Source of the DNA: the human T2T-CHM13v2.0 reference genome, Homo sapiens
Assembly (NCBI RefSeq): GCF_009914755.1
Contig: NC_060928.1
Length of the DNA: 64,000 nt
Direction: 5' to 3' (one strand)
Shown: in pieces, positions 38,535-50,617 of the stretch
How the letters are laid out: each line of letters opens with the position of its first letter
Numbering within the stretch: the first letter of the stretch is position 1
Translations under genes and position numbers: made by a program
Notes under the pieces: generated by a model
Told to the model about the DNA's origin: nothing
The model's database searches: none
Seen by the model: the letters and a program-made list of their open reading frames with translations, nothing else

Positions 38535-39915
38535 ATCCAGATGATTTTCCTGCTAAATGTTTTCAAATTTAATAAAGAAATAATTCTGATGTTATTCAAA
38601 ATATTTAAGAGCACAAAAAAATCACAAAAGATTCAAGATAGTTTTTGGATTCAAACTTTGTATAGATACCAAAATTCATAAAAAGTATCCCAATTAACAC
38701 ACAACAATTGACATAAACTCAGATTACTAATGAATATAACACAAAAGTCTTATTAAAATTTTGCCAATTTTCATTCAGAAATTCCATACATATATAAATA
38801 TATAAATGTAAATATATATCACATAATCCAAAAGTTATTCATGGTTATGAATGTATAAATATTATTGACTCTATCAATAAATAATAAAAGAAAAATCAAT
38901 ACATCCTAAAAACTATAATTTTTTGGTTTTTTAATCAGGAATTAATGCTGAATTTTATTTAACAAATCAAAACGGATATGTATTTAACATGATAAATATA
39001 CATAGAATTATTACATGGATATAGAGCTATAAATATTTAAAAGGCAGCTGCATTCTAAATGGGGAACCACTAAAGCTAGTAATTTTTGTAGTGTAGGACA
39101 GTACAAGGATATCTACTCCGATCTTTATCATTTAACATTATTCTAAGATGCTAATCAAGACATTTTGAGGGGAAGAGTAAATATCATATATAAATATTTC
39201 AGAGAAAAAAGCAAAATTGTCATTGGCAGAAGAAAATTGATAACTGAAAAATAAAAAAATGAGAAAATTCTTTAAAAATATGAGAATTCAGTAATTACAT
39301 TACTACATAAAATCAATGCATTGTCAATAACTATTTTTAAAGTCATCTAAAAACTGAAAGAGAAGAAAAGAGTTTTAATTTTCTTACAATGAAGGTAAAA
39401 GCCTCAGGAATATGCATGGGGTGTAAGTGAAAATGAATTTACAACTCCATTGAAAGACAGAAAAAATGAATGTAGAAGTCGTAAGGAACAAGATTAATAA
39501 ATTTAATTACATAAAATGCACCCTTCTTCATAGATAAGTTGCTAAGATATTGCAAACTGGTAATATATTTTCAGTTCATATGACAAAGTGCTAATTTCTT
39601 AAAACACAAAGTACTTTAAGATTAATAACACAATATAAAAAAATAGAAAAAAATATAAGTAGGTCATATAATTATATCAAATGTACCAACCATTTAAAAA
39701 ACTAGTTTTATGCACATATGGTGTAAGTTATATTGTCTAGTTAATAGTGTTGTACAAAGACAATTTTCTAATTTTGCTAATGTACTTGCACAGATAACAT
39801 TTGTGTAAGATGTTGTCATTGGGAAAAGCTGAATGAAGAGTACACTAAAACTTTCTGTACTATTTTTGCAAATTGAAAGTTCATAATAATTCCTATTTTA
39901 AGAGTTTTAAAAATC
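38535..39915 (+). mobile_element. Old L1M (ME/MD-like) ORF2 and 3'UTR fragments
   Basis: 'ccagatgattttcctgctaaatgttttcaa' resembles PDGFTGEFYQ; 3' end 'ctgtactatttttgcaa'. Probably continues from 35700-35840. Confidence 0.65.
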
Positions 39916-39967
39916 TAACATGCTGTCACATAGAATGATAAGTAATATAATTTAGAGCATAAAATAG

Positions 39968-39993
39968 TCTCTCTCCCTCTGTGTGTGTGTGTG

Positions 39994-40028
<35 letters not shown>

Positions 40029-40030
40029 TT
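39968..40030. repeat. (CT)n(TG)n(TA)n compound microsatellite
   Basis: Direct reading. Confidence 0.95.
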
Positions 40031-42067
40031 ATAGTATTAGTCTGTTCTCTTACTACTAATAAAGACATACTGGCGACTAGGTAACTTATAAAGGAAAGAG
40101 GGTTAATCGACTCACAATTGGGCATGGCTTGGGAGGCCTCAGGACACTTATGGCAGAATGAGAAGAAAACATGTTGTTCTTCACGTGTTGGCAAGAGAGC
40201 GAAGTGCAGAGCATAGGTGGGGAAAATTATTTTATAAAACCATCAGATCTCATGAGAACTCATTCACTACCATGAGAACAGCATGGAGGTAACTGCCCCT
40301 ATGATTCAATGACCTCCAACTAGGTCCCTTCCAAGACACGTGGGGATTATGAGAACTACAATTCAAGATAAGATTCGGGTGGGGACACAACCAAACCATA
40401 TTATTCTGCCCCCGACCCCTCCCAAATCTTATGTCCTCACAGTTCAAAACACAATCATGGCCTTCAACAGTAACTCATTCCAGCATTAACTCAAAAGTCC
40501 AGTTCCAAAGTCTCATCTGAGACAAGGTGAATCTCTTCTGCCTATAAGCCTGTAAAATCAAAAGCAAGTTAGTTACCTCCTAGATACAATGGAAGGACAA
40601 TCATTGGGTACATACACCCATTATACATGGAAGAAATTGATCAAAACAGAGGAGCTACCAGTCCCATGCAACTCCAAAATCCAATGAGGCAGTAATTAAG
40701 TCTTTAAGCTCTGAAATAATCTCCTTTTCCTCCATGTCTCACATCCAGGACATGCTGATGCAAGACATAGGCTCCCACAGTGAGCAGCTCTCTGCCCTTG
40801 TGGCTTTACAGGGTACAGCTTCCCTTCTTGCTGCTTTCACGAGCTGGCATTGAGTGTCTGCAGCTTTTTCAGGGTCATGGTGCAAGCTGTTGGTGGATCT
40901 ACCATTCTGGGGTCTGGAATATGGTGGCCTGCTCCTCACAGCTCCACTAGGCAGTGCCCCAGTGAGGACTCTGTATGGGGGCTCCAACCCCACATCACCT
41001 TCTACATTGCCCTAGCAAAGGTTCTCCATGAGGGTTCCATCCGTGCAGCAAACATTTTTCCCTGACATCAAGTGTTTTTATACATTCTCTGAAATCTAGG
41101 TGGAGGTTCCCAAACTTCAATTCTTGACATCTGTGCATTCACAGGCTCAATATGACATGGAAGCTCCCCAGTTTGGGGCTTGCATCCTCTGCAGCCATGG
41201 CCCAAGCTATACCTTGGCCCCTTTTAGCAACATCTGGAGCAGCTGGGATGCAGGGCAACAAGTCCCTAGGTGGCACACAGCAGGGGGTCCCTGGGCCTTG
41301 CCCACCAAACCATTTTTTTTTCTCTTACACCTCCAGGTCTGTGATGGGAAGGGCTGCCACAGAGGTTTCTGACATGTCCTGGAGACATTTTCCCTATTTT
41401 CTTGGCAATTAACATTCATCTTCTCATTAGTATGCAGTGGGCTCGAATTTATCCCCAGAAAATGAGATTTTCTTTTTTATGGCATTGTCAGGCTGCAAGT
41501 TTTCCAAATTTTTATGCTCTGACTCCTCTTGAATGCTTTGCCACTTAGAAATTTCTTCTGGCAGATACTCTAAATCATCTCTCTCAAATTCAAAGCTCCA
41601 CAGATCTCTAGAACAGGTGCAAAATGCCACCAGTTTCTTTGCATAGCAAGAGTGACCTTTACTCCAGTTCAGAACAAGTTCCTCACCTCCAATGAGACCA
41701 CCTCAGCCTGGACCTTATTGTCCATATCACTATCAGCATTTTGGTCAAAGCCATTCAACAAGTCTCTAAAAATTTCCAAACTTTCCCATTTTTTTCCTGT
41801 CTTCTGAGCCCGCTAAGGTTCTAGAAAGTTTCAAGGTTTCGAATATTTTTCTGTCTTCTTCTGAGCTCCCCAAACTGTTCCAAGCTTTCCCTGTTACCCA
41901 GTTCCAAAGTCGCTTGCACTTTTTGGGATAACTTTACAGCAACATCCCACTCTACTGGTACCAATTTATTGTATTAGTCAGTTCTCACACTGCTAATGAA
42001 GACATACCAGAGACTGGGTAATTTATAAAGGAAAGAGATTTAATTGACTCACAGTTTATCATGGCTA

Positions 42068-42418
42068 TGTTAACGATGGAGGGCTTCCAGGTTCTTGGCA
42101 TCTTGAACAAAGAATTGGACAAAACGCACGAAAAGGAAGGAATGAAGGGTTTTAGTGAAAATGAAAGTACACTCCACAGTGTGGGAGCAGGCCTGAGCAT
42201 AGTACCTCAAAGGCCCCATTACAGAATTTTGGGGAGTTTAAATACCCCCTAGAGGATTCCATTGGTTACTTCGGGTATGCCCTATGTAAATGGAGAGAAT
42301 GAAGTAAAGTTACAAAGATATTTATGGCATATACCCTATGGCGAGGATATTTCCTGTTATAGCTTAAGTGTGAATTGGCCTTATGTTCCCTGCCTCCAAA
42401 CCCTATTTTCCTGCCTCA
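42068..42418 (-). mobile_element. MER61-type solo LTR
   Basis: Reverse strand TGAGGCAGGAAAATAGGGTTTGGAGGCAGGGAACATAAGGCC...CGTTAACA; TSD gcta/gctg. Confidence 0.88.
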
Positions 42419-42594
42419 GCTGGGGAGGCCTTAGGAAACTTTCAATCATGGCAGAAGGGGAAGCAAACACATCATTCTTCAGATGGCAGCAGGGAGAGAA
42501 GTTCAGAGTGAAGTAGGGAAAAGGCCCTTATCAAACCGTAAGGTCTTGTGAGAACTCAATATCATGAGAACAGCATGGAGGTTAACTGTCCTGA

Positions 42595-42605
42595 TGATTC
42601 AATTA
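42595..42605 (-). promoter_or_regulatory. DUX4-type motif TAATTGAATCA in the THE1 5' LTR
   Basis: The + strand reads TGATTCAATTA, an exact consensus match; binding not shown. Confidence 0.55.
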
Positions 42606-42698
42606 CCTCTCAGCAGTCCATCCCACGACACATGAGGATTATGGGAACTACAATTCAAGATGAGATTTGTGTAGGGACACAACAAAACCCCCATATAA

Positions 42699-42837
42699 TA
42701 TATACACACACTATATGTATACACATATATACACACACACACATATATATACACATACATATACACATATATATATACACATATATATACACACACATCT
42801 ATATATATATACACACACACACATCTATATATGTATA
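42699..42837. repeat. (TA)n/(CA)n compound microsatellite
   Basis: Direct reading. Confidence 0.95.
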
Positions 42838-44074
42838 CCATTACTGTTTTGAACCATCTGTGGTAAACCAATCCTTTGGATGATAATAAAGGTTAAAAAT
42901 GCTTATTTCAAAGCTGAAAGCTGCATTAGTCAGGACTCTCCAGAGGGACAGAACTAATAGGGTATGCGTATATATGAAAGGGAATTTATTAAGGAGAATT
43001 GACTCACACAATCGTAAGGTGAAGTCCCAGGATAGGCTGCCTGCAAGCTGAGGTGGTAGACAGCCATAATGGCTCAGTCTAAATCGAAAAGCCTTAGAAG
43101 TATGGAAGCTCACAGTGCAGCCTTCAGTCTGCATCTGAATTCCCAAGAGCCCCTGGCAAATCAGTGGTGTAAGTCTAGGGTTTAAAGGCCAAAGAACCTG
43201 GAGTCTAATGTTCAGGGGCAGGAAGCATACAGCATGGGAGAATGATGAAAGCCAGAAGACTCAGCAAGCCAGCTTATTCCTTCTTCCACCTGCCTTGTTC
43301 TAGCTTGCCTGGCAGCCAATTTGATGGAGTTCACCCACAATGAGGGTGGGTCTGCCTCTCCCAGTCCACTAATTCAAATGTTAATCTCCTCTGGCAACAC
43401 CCCCACAGACACACCCAGAAACAATACTTTACCAGCTCTCTAGGCATCCTTCAATCCAATGAAGTTGACACTTAATATTAACCATCACAAGTCCACCTCT
43501 TGTCAACCTGAACCCCTATACATCTGAAATCATACTTAACCTTCAAATAAGAAAATAAGGTTGTAATTACACCTAACATCATATAGCTATCCTTCGTATA
43601 ATCAGAAACACATTAATTCTTAACCTAAATGCTGTTACATAATGTTAACAACACTTAAATGAGGATATAAAGTTAATAAATTTTCTGTCACATGATAAAG
43701 AAAAAAGAAAAGAAAATGAAGATTTTTTTTTTAGTATAAGTGTATACATGCACAAACATATTTTTAACAATATAAAGAGGAAATACTCATAAAAATTACA
43801 CTCATTTCTGCAACTGGTCACATGGTCACAGCTGGTATTGATAACTACCTTTTTCTACTACTCATTCTGTATTCCCTTTGCCTTTAGCAAGCACCTCGAC
43901 AGGTCATGGTTTTTTACCTGTTGGAGTGACCCAAATCTTCATTCCTGAAAAGTCTGAGCCACTTGTAGCCCTGCCTGAATTGGGTCTTTGTAGTTTTTCA
44001 TTGACCTTAATTACAGGGCATGGTAACCTAAGAGATGCCCTAAGGGATCTCATGTATTTTACAGATACTCTTTC

Positions 44075-44290
44075 TCACTCCTGTTGTGTGAGTAGTAGAC
44101 TGGTTTCATCTTGATAGTTCAGGGCTATCACCCCAGCCAACAGTGTAACTCCCTTCTTAGCCTGTTGGCTTAGAGGTAGGAGGAGCCCAAAGTGGCCAGG
44201 TGGCAATCTTAACTTCCAGTTTAATGGAATCATTGTTGTGTCTCCTGGTGGCAGCATTCTTCCCTCTGGAACTAAGACCTCTAGGCCAGC
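44075..44290 (-). pseudogene. dut: HERV-L dUTPase remnant
   Basis: MLPPGDTTMIPLNWKLRLPPGHFGLLLPLSQQAKKGVTLLAGVI. Confidence 0.88.
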
Positions 44291-44329
44291 AGAACATGAT
44301 GTTAGAGGAACAAAAAGCCAAAATTTTGC

Positions 44330-46668
44330 TAGTGGGTCACTAAGGATAATAGTGGGGTGATGCCACTTCCACTTCCAGCCCTTGATTCCTGGACCAGTAA
44401 ATCCTGGCTATGGAAGAAACAATACCATATATTGGACACTGATTCAGAGTATACACAGCCTTCTGGAAAACTGCCCCAGCCCTGCAAAGTATTGTCATCT
44501 AATTGGCATTGAAATTTTGACTTCAAGAGGCTATTCTATCATTCCATCAATCCTATCAAGCTGCCTCAGGATGATAGGGAACATGGTAAGACCAGCGAAT
44601 TTATTAAGCATGAGCCCACTGCCACATTTCTTTAGCTATAAAGTGAGTGCCTTTGTCAGAGGCAATGCTGTGTGGAATGCTGTGATGGTGGATAAGGCAT
44701 TCTGTGAGTGCACAGATCATAGCCTTGGCAGAAGAATTGCATGCAGGATAGGCAAACCCATATCTAGAATAAGTGTCTATTCCAGTGAGGAAAAATCACT
44801 GCCCATACCATGATGGAAGAGGCCCAATATAATCAACTTGCCACCAAGTAGCTGGCTGATCACCTCAAGGAATGATGTTATATTGAGGGCTCAGCGTTGG
44901 ACTCTGCTGCTGGCAAATTGGGCACTCAGCAGTAGCCATAGCCAGGTGAGCCTTGGTGAGTGGAATTCTATGTTGTTGAGCCCATGTATAACCTCCATCC
45001 CTGCCACCATGGCCACTTTGTTCATGAGCTCATTGGGCGATGACAGGGGTGTCTGGAGAAAGAGGCTGAGTGGTGTCCACAGAATGAGTCATTCTATACA
45101 CTTGATTATTACAATTCTCCTCTGCTGAGGTCACCCTTTGTTGAGTATTCACATGGAACACAAACATCTTCAGTTTTTGACCACTCAGAGAGGTCCATCT
45201 ATATACCTCTTTCCCAAATTTCTTTGTGTCACCAATTTTCCAATCATGCTTCTTCCAAGTCCCTGACCAACCAGCCAAACCATTTGCTACAGCCACATTT
45301 GGCCGTTTCTCCTTCCAAGCAAAGTGCACAACCAGGTGCACTGCCCAGTTCTGCCCACTGGGAAGATTTCTCCTCACCACTGTCCTTCAGGGATGTCCTA
45401 GAAAGGGGCTGCAGTGCCACAGCTGTCCACTTTTGGGTGGTGCCTGCGTATCATGCAGAACCATCTGTAAACCAGGCCCCAGTCTTCTGTTCCTCTGTCA
45501 GTTGATCAGAGGGAACTCTCCATGAAGCCATCCATGCAGGATGGGAGAGAAAAGGCAGGGTGGCAGAAGTGGGGACCATGGGCATTTGAGCCACTTTCTC
45601 ATGTAACTTACTTGTGCCTTCAGGACTTGCTTGAGCTTGATTTCATATATACCACTTGCATCTGATGATGGAATGCTGCTGTGCATCCCCAACTTTATGG
45701 CCAGATGGGTCAGAAAGCACCCGGTTCCTGATAGGCAGTTCAGGTCTCATGGTAACTTTGTGACACATAGTCAAACATTGAGTTTCTACCAAGGCCCAGT
45801 AACAGGTCAAGAGCTTTGTCTTAAAAGCAGAGTAGTTATCTGCAGAAGATGACAGGTCCTTGCTCCAAAATCCTAGAGGCCTCCACTGTGATTCACCTAT
45901 GGGGATCTGCCAAAGGCTCTAAACAGCATCTCTGTGATGGTCAATGTTATATGTAACTTGATTGGATTGAAGGATGCAAACTGTTATTCCTGGGTCTGTC
46001 TGTGAGGGTGTTGCCAGAGATTAATATTTGAGTCAGTGGACTGGGAGAGGCAGACCCACCCTCAATCTGGGTGGGCACCATCCAATCAAGTGCCAGTGTG
46101 GCTAGAATAAAGTAGAAAGAAGAAAGTGGGAGAGACAGACTTGCAGAGTCTTCCAGCCTTCATCTTTCTCCTTTGCTGGATTCTTCCTTCTCTCGAACAT
46201 CAGACTCCATGGTCTTCAGCTGCTGGACTCTTGGACTTACACCGATGGTTTACCAGCGGCTTCCAGACCTTAGGCCACAGACTGAAGGCTGCATTGTCAG
46301 CTTCCCTGCTTTTAAGGATTTGGGACTCAGACTGAGCCACTACTGGCTTCCTTGCTTCTCAGCTTACAGGCGGCCTATCATGGGGCTTTGCCTTGTGATT
46401 GTGAGTCAATTCTCCTTAATAAATTCTCTTTTATATATAAATATATTCTATTAGTTCTGTCCCTCTAGAGAACCCTGACTAATGCAATCCCTATCTGCCT
46501 CTGAAACCTTAAACACATTGAATCTGCTTGGGTCATATGGCCCAAGTGGCAGAGCAGCTTGCCCAGCAGCCTGGACCTGTTGCAGAACCCTCTTCTGTTC
46601 TGAACCTCACTCAGAACTGGCAGCATTTCAGGTCACTCAACAAATATGCCAGCCTAACAAAATTGTTA
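44330..46668 (-). pseudogene. pol: HERV-L pol remnant (connection, RNase H, integrase)
   Basis: AVANGLAGWSGTWKKHDWKIGD, FHVNTQQRVTSAEE and QCQLDDNTLQGWG; frameshifted. Confidence 0.88.
45933..46486 (+). mobile_element. MLT2A solo LTR inserted antisense into HERV-L pol
   Basis: 'tgtgatggtcaat...ctgactaatgca'; TSD atctc/atccc; pol continues on both sides. Confidence 0.92.
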
Positions 46669-47205
46669 AGGCATCAAAGGCTTAAGAGGCCAAAATTCTA
46701 AATAAAAGTATATAGAGATGAGGCTAATATTCACGATTCTTTTTTCTCAAGTCATTTGTTCAATTTTAATAAGTGAAAGATGGAGAAAATGAATAGTTTC
46801 TAGTTCTAGCACAGTGCTGAAGGAGAGTGACTTACAAAGATTGAAGCCCAACTTTGAATCAGATCAATTTCTGATTGGTTTAAGATCATCAGCCTCCTAC
46901 TGCATTTGCTAGTCTCTAGCAACATTAAATTATCTTTAGAGGAACAATACCATCTGGATCCTCAAATTTTCTTTAAAATTTTTATACTTAATATGGAATC
47001 TATTAAAAATATACCAGGCAAAATAAACCCATAACTAGAAAACAAAAGGGAAAAGCAGGCAATTGACAGAAACCTATAAGTGATTGAAAATTTCATGTCA
47101 TAACTAAATATGTACATGGACTAGACTAAAAGGTAAATAAAACTCTACATAAAGAATCAGATAATCATTATTATAATGAAAAATACCTAACATTATGTAT
47201 GTAAT

Positions 47206-47499
47206 GACCAGATATGATAACTCATGCCTCTAATCCCAGCACTTTGGGAGGCCAAGGTGGGTAGATTTTTGAGCCTAGGAGTTTGAGAACAGCCTGGTCA
47301 GCATGGCAAAACATTCTCAACAACAAAATAAAAACATAGCCCAGAGTAGTGATATGTGCCTGTAGTTCCAGCTTCTAGATAGGCCGAGAGGTGGGAGGAT
47401 CGCTTGAGCCTGAGAGGTTGAGGCTGCAGTGAGCTGAGATCATGCCGTGGCACTACAGCCTGGACAACAGAGTGAGACAGTCTCAAAAAAAAAAAAAAA
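47206..47499 (+). mobile_element. AluJ
   Basis: 'gtgggaggatcgcttgagcctgagaggttgaggctgcagtg' plus poly-A. Confidence 0.92.
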
Positions 47500-47905
47500 G
47501 AAATGAAAAATGTAATAAATAGTCTTCATAATGAATAGATGATTAGTAAATTGGATAATAGAAAAAGTATGAAAACTGAAGTATGTTGAGAAAATAATTT
47601 TAAGACTCCCAAAATGAGTACAGGTGACTTATGGGGCATAATACGGAAATTTAACTCATAGAAAATTTAAGTATATTGTACAATAATCAATGAAGAGATA
47701 GAGAGTGAGCGTGAGAATGAGAGTGAGTGAGGTGGGGAGAGAGAGAGAGAGAGAAATCAAACAGAAGGAGAATTAGATAGAAGCAATATTTTACAAGCTA
47801 CTTAATGAAAATGTTGAAATTGATCACATACATCAAGCTACAGAAAAAAGAAATGCTACAAATCTCAAGCATGATAATGCAAATATAAATGCATCCAGAA
47901 AAAAA

Positions 47906-48059
47906 TTTTTATTTTTCTTTTATTTTTTAATTTTAATTTTTTGTAGAGGCAAGGTCTTGCTTCGTTGCCCAGGCTGGTCTCAAACTCCTGGCCTCAAGTA
48001 ATCCTTCTGCCTCGGCCTTCTAAAGTACTGGGATTGCAGGTGTGAGCTACTGTGCCTGG
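47906..48059 (-). mobile_element. FLAM (free left Alu monomer)
   Basis: Single left arm with its own T-rich tail. Confidence 0.8.
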
Positions 48060-50617
48060 AAACAGGAAAATAGCAGTAGAAGTACTGATAATCAAAGACA
48101 ATGAGAAATTTTAAAAGAAGCCAAAGGACAATATAGACACATCATCTTCAACAAATGAGCCATAAATCTGACAGCTCACTTATGAAACAGATTTACTGGA
48201 AAAGAAAAGACAAATGGAATGAACTTTTTACAGTTCTAAAAAACAAAAACAAGAAAACCTGCCAAACAGTAATTCTGTAGCCAGAAAAAAATTAATAAAA
48301 ACTTGAAGGCCAAAATAGGCATGTTTATACAAACTTTGAAAAAAATCAGTATTAACAAAGATTTAAAATAATAATAAAATGAATTTTTTAAGCAGTAGGA
48401 TTATAACCACCCAAGGTGAAATTATGGAAAAGCAGGAGGGAAGAAAGAACATTGCAGAGCGCAAGGATATGGATAAATTTAAATGAATATTGGTGTAATA
48501 ATAACAATAACTTGTAGAGTTTAAACACATCCAGAATTTAAGCACATGTGAACAGTCGCACAGAAGGTAAGAGAGAAAGTAGAGTTTTAATGTTTCATGG
48601 TCCTTGCTTTGTTTTGAAAAGTAATTCCAATTACATTTGAATTCATTGCAAATGCATTTGATAAGTTTTAGGGTAGCCACTAGTAAAATAGTGCATTTAA
48701 GAAGTGGGCATTTAACAAATTAATAGTATGGAACTTATAGAATAAAAATAGTAGAACAAAAAGACCTCAGTATTATAAATAATTTAATCCAAGAGAAAAA
48801 AATAATTAGAAAAACAAAGAACTTAAACAGGGTTAAAAAATAGTTAAGTGCATAGAAGGTAGTAGATTAAAACCCAAATACAATAATTACACTAAAAATA
48901 AATAGAACCAGATTCTTCAATTGAATCAGGTTCTCCAATTAAATCAGATTATCAGATTTCAAGTAGGGGGTGGAGGGCGGTGTTAGAAAAAATTTGTGCT
49001 CCCATGAGAGATACACCTAAATTAAAAATACAGAAAGTATGAAATATAAAGAAGGGAAAAATGATATGTATAAGCTGTAATCAAAGTAAGGCTGGTGTAG
49101 CTATGTCTTATCATACAATGTAGATTTTTAAAGTCAAAGTGTCACTGAAATAATGATCTTTCAGAAAAATTTTTTGGAAATCACCTTTCCATCAGGAAAA
49201 TATAACACTTTTATATCTGTATTAATCTAACATTTACTCATAATAATTCCTAGCAAACAAGAGATGAACGAGATCTTCCATAATGTAAAAAAGAGTATTT
49301 GCAAATGACAGTAGTCATATTTAATGACACTATATGGAACATTTTTCTCAGAATTGTCAATGTATGAAAAAGTTATTTTATTACTTTCTTCTTCAAAAAT
49401 ATGCCCAGTGTTCTAACATATAGAAAGACACATTTTTAATCTTATTTCCTGCTTAACACTATATGAAAAAAATAACAATTATATGTAGATTGTAGATTTA
49501 AGTACAAGATGTGAAACAATAAATTCTTCAGGAGAGTACATGGGAGAATAGCTTCAGGAGTTTATAATTAGAAAGTATTTCCTAGGTCTCATAAAATACT
49601 ATAAATTAAAGGATTAATTAACTGTCCTCCATTAAGATTAGAAACTTCTGTTTATCAGAAGACACAATTAAGATAGTGAAAAGGCAAATCACATGGGAAG
49701 ACAAGATATTTGCATTGCATATAATAAAAAACAAGAACAACAAATAAATTGTTAAAAAGACAGCCAACTCAAAAGAAAAATGTGCAAAGGACTTAATAAG
49801 CACATCGCAGAGTAGCACAATGGCTAGTATAAACAGCTATCAATTATCAACTAAAGGTAAGAAATGTTTTCCTATGTGTGTAAAGGATTTTTGTGTTGGT
49901 AATATGATTATTTTGTGTGACTACAGTTTTTTTTTTCTTGGCGATATTCCACAGGATCATTACTTATATAGTTGATGGTCATTAGGATAATTTGTCACGG
50001 TGTATACAGCTTCTTTTGGAACAAGGATATTGATTTTTCTTTTTTATTAGCGCTAAAAAAATACCCATTGCTGATGGATACTGTTTTTTCCCTTTGAAGC
50101 ATCTCAATATTGATCTACTGTAGCAGCAGTGAAAATGCTAGTTCTTCTGCCAGGGTTTCTAAATGACTTTGTCTGTACTTCTGTATTCAGTTTTCTCTTA
50201 CTCAAACATGTAGCTATGCGTGCTTCATTTGGGATAAACCATGAGTGAGCCATTCATGGATGCACAAGATGGAAACCAGGATGATTGGTAGTATATTTGG
50301 AGTGAACTTAAGTGACAGTAGGTGGGTATTTGTATTTAAAATGGCATTTTAAAAAGTTTTTATAACCCCTCAGCATTGAATGCCAGACCTCACAGCATAA
50401 ACTAATTTTATCTGAATTGTTTAAAAAATTATACTTCATTTATTTTAGTGTATTTTTAATGTAGCAACATCATTATTTTTATAAAATGGAATTGTTTGAA
50501 TGAAATACAAACAAAGTTGTCCTTATATTTTCTGTTTAATACTTAAAATATACAGTCAATAAAAAATATTCAATGACTCATGAGTAGTATAAGTTATATT
50601 GAATACATATATACATA

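Larger units (their letters stand above)
40033..42698 (-). mobile_element. Complete THE1 MaLR: LTR 40033-40403, internal region, LTR 41970-42698 (split by MER61)
   Basis: Paired THE1 LTRs; internal ORF remnants GLEPPYRVLTGALPSG and CSRDLWSFEFERDDL. Confidence 0.94.
42922..46668 (-). mobile_element. Partial HERV-L provirus: 3' MLT2A/B LTR (42922-43489), dUTPase, integrase, RNase H; 5' part missing
   Basis: MLT2 LTR followed by reverse PPT 'agtccacctct'; WFTDGS on the minus strand at about 45455-45474. Confidence 0.92.
46700..49830 (+). mobile_element. Old L1M (MD/ME-like) ORF1-ORF2 fragments
   Basis: A-rich decayed L1 motifs such as 'aacctgccaaacagtaattctgtagccag', 'ggctggtgtagctatg' and 'attagaaacttctgtttatcagaagacac'. 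Confidence 0.65.

Noticed and set aside
41760-41880. About 55-bp tandem duplication in THE1-int
   Set aside because: The copies are strongly diverged and I recall this duplication in THE1-int subfamily sequences; probably inherited, not locus-specific.
42068-42418. MER61 as a p53 response element
   Set aside because: The candidate half-site reads GGGCATACCC on the minus strand and lacks the CWWG core; no paired RRRCWWGYYY found.
42548-42883. His/Ile/Tyr/Thr-rich ORFs as low-complexity proteins
   Set aside because: They are translations of the (TA)/(CA) microsatellite and the adjacent LTR.
45933-46486. Inverted MLT2A as the HERV-L's own relocated 5' LTR (autointegration)
   Set aside because: It differs from the 3' LTR by a 13-nt indel and many substitutions, and it has its own TSD.
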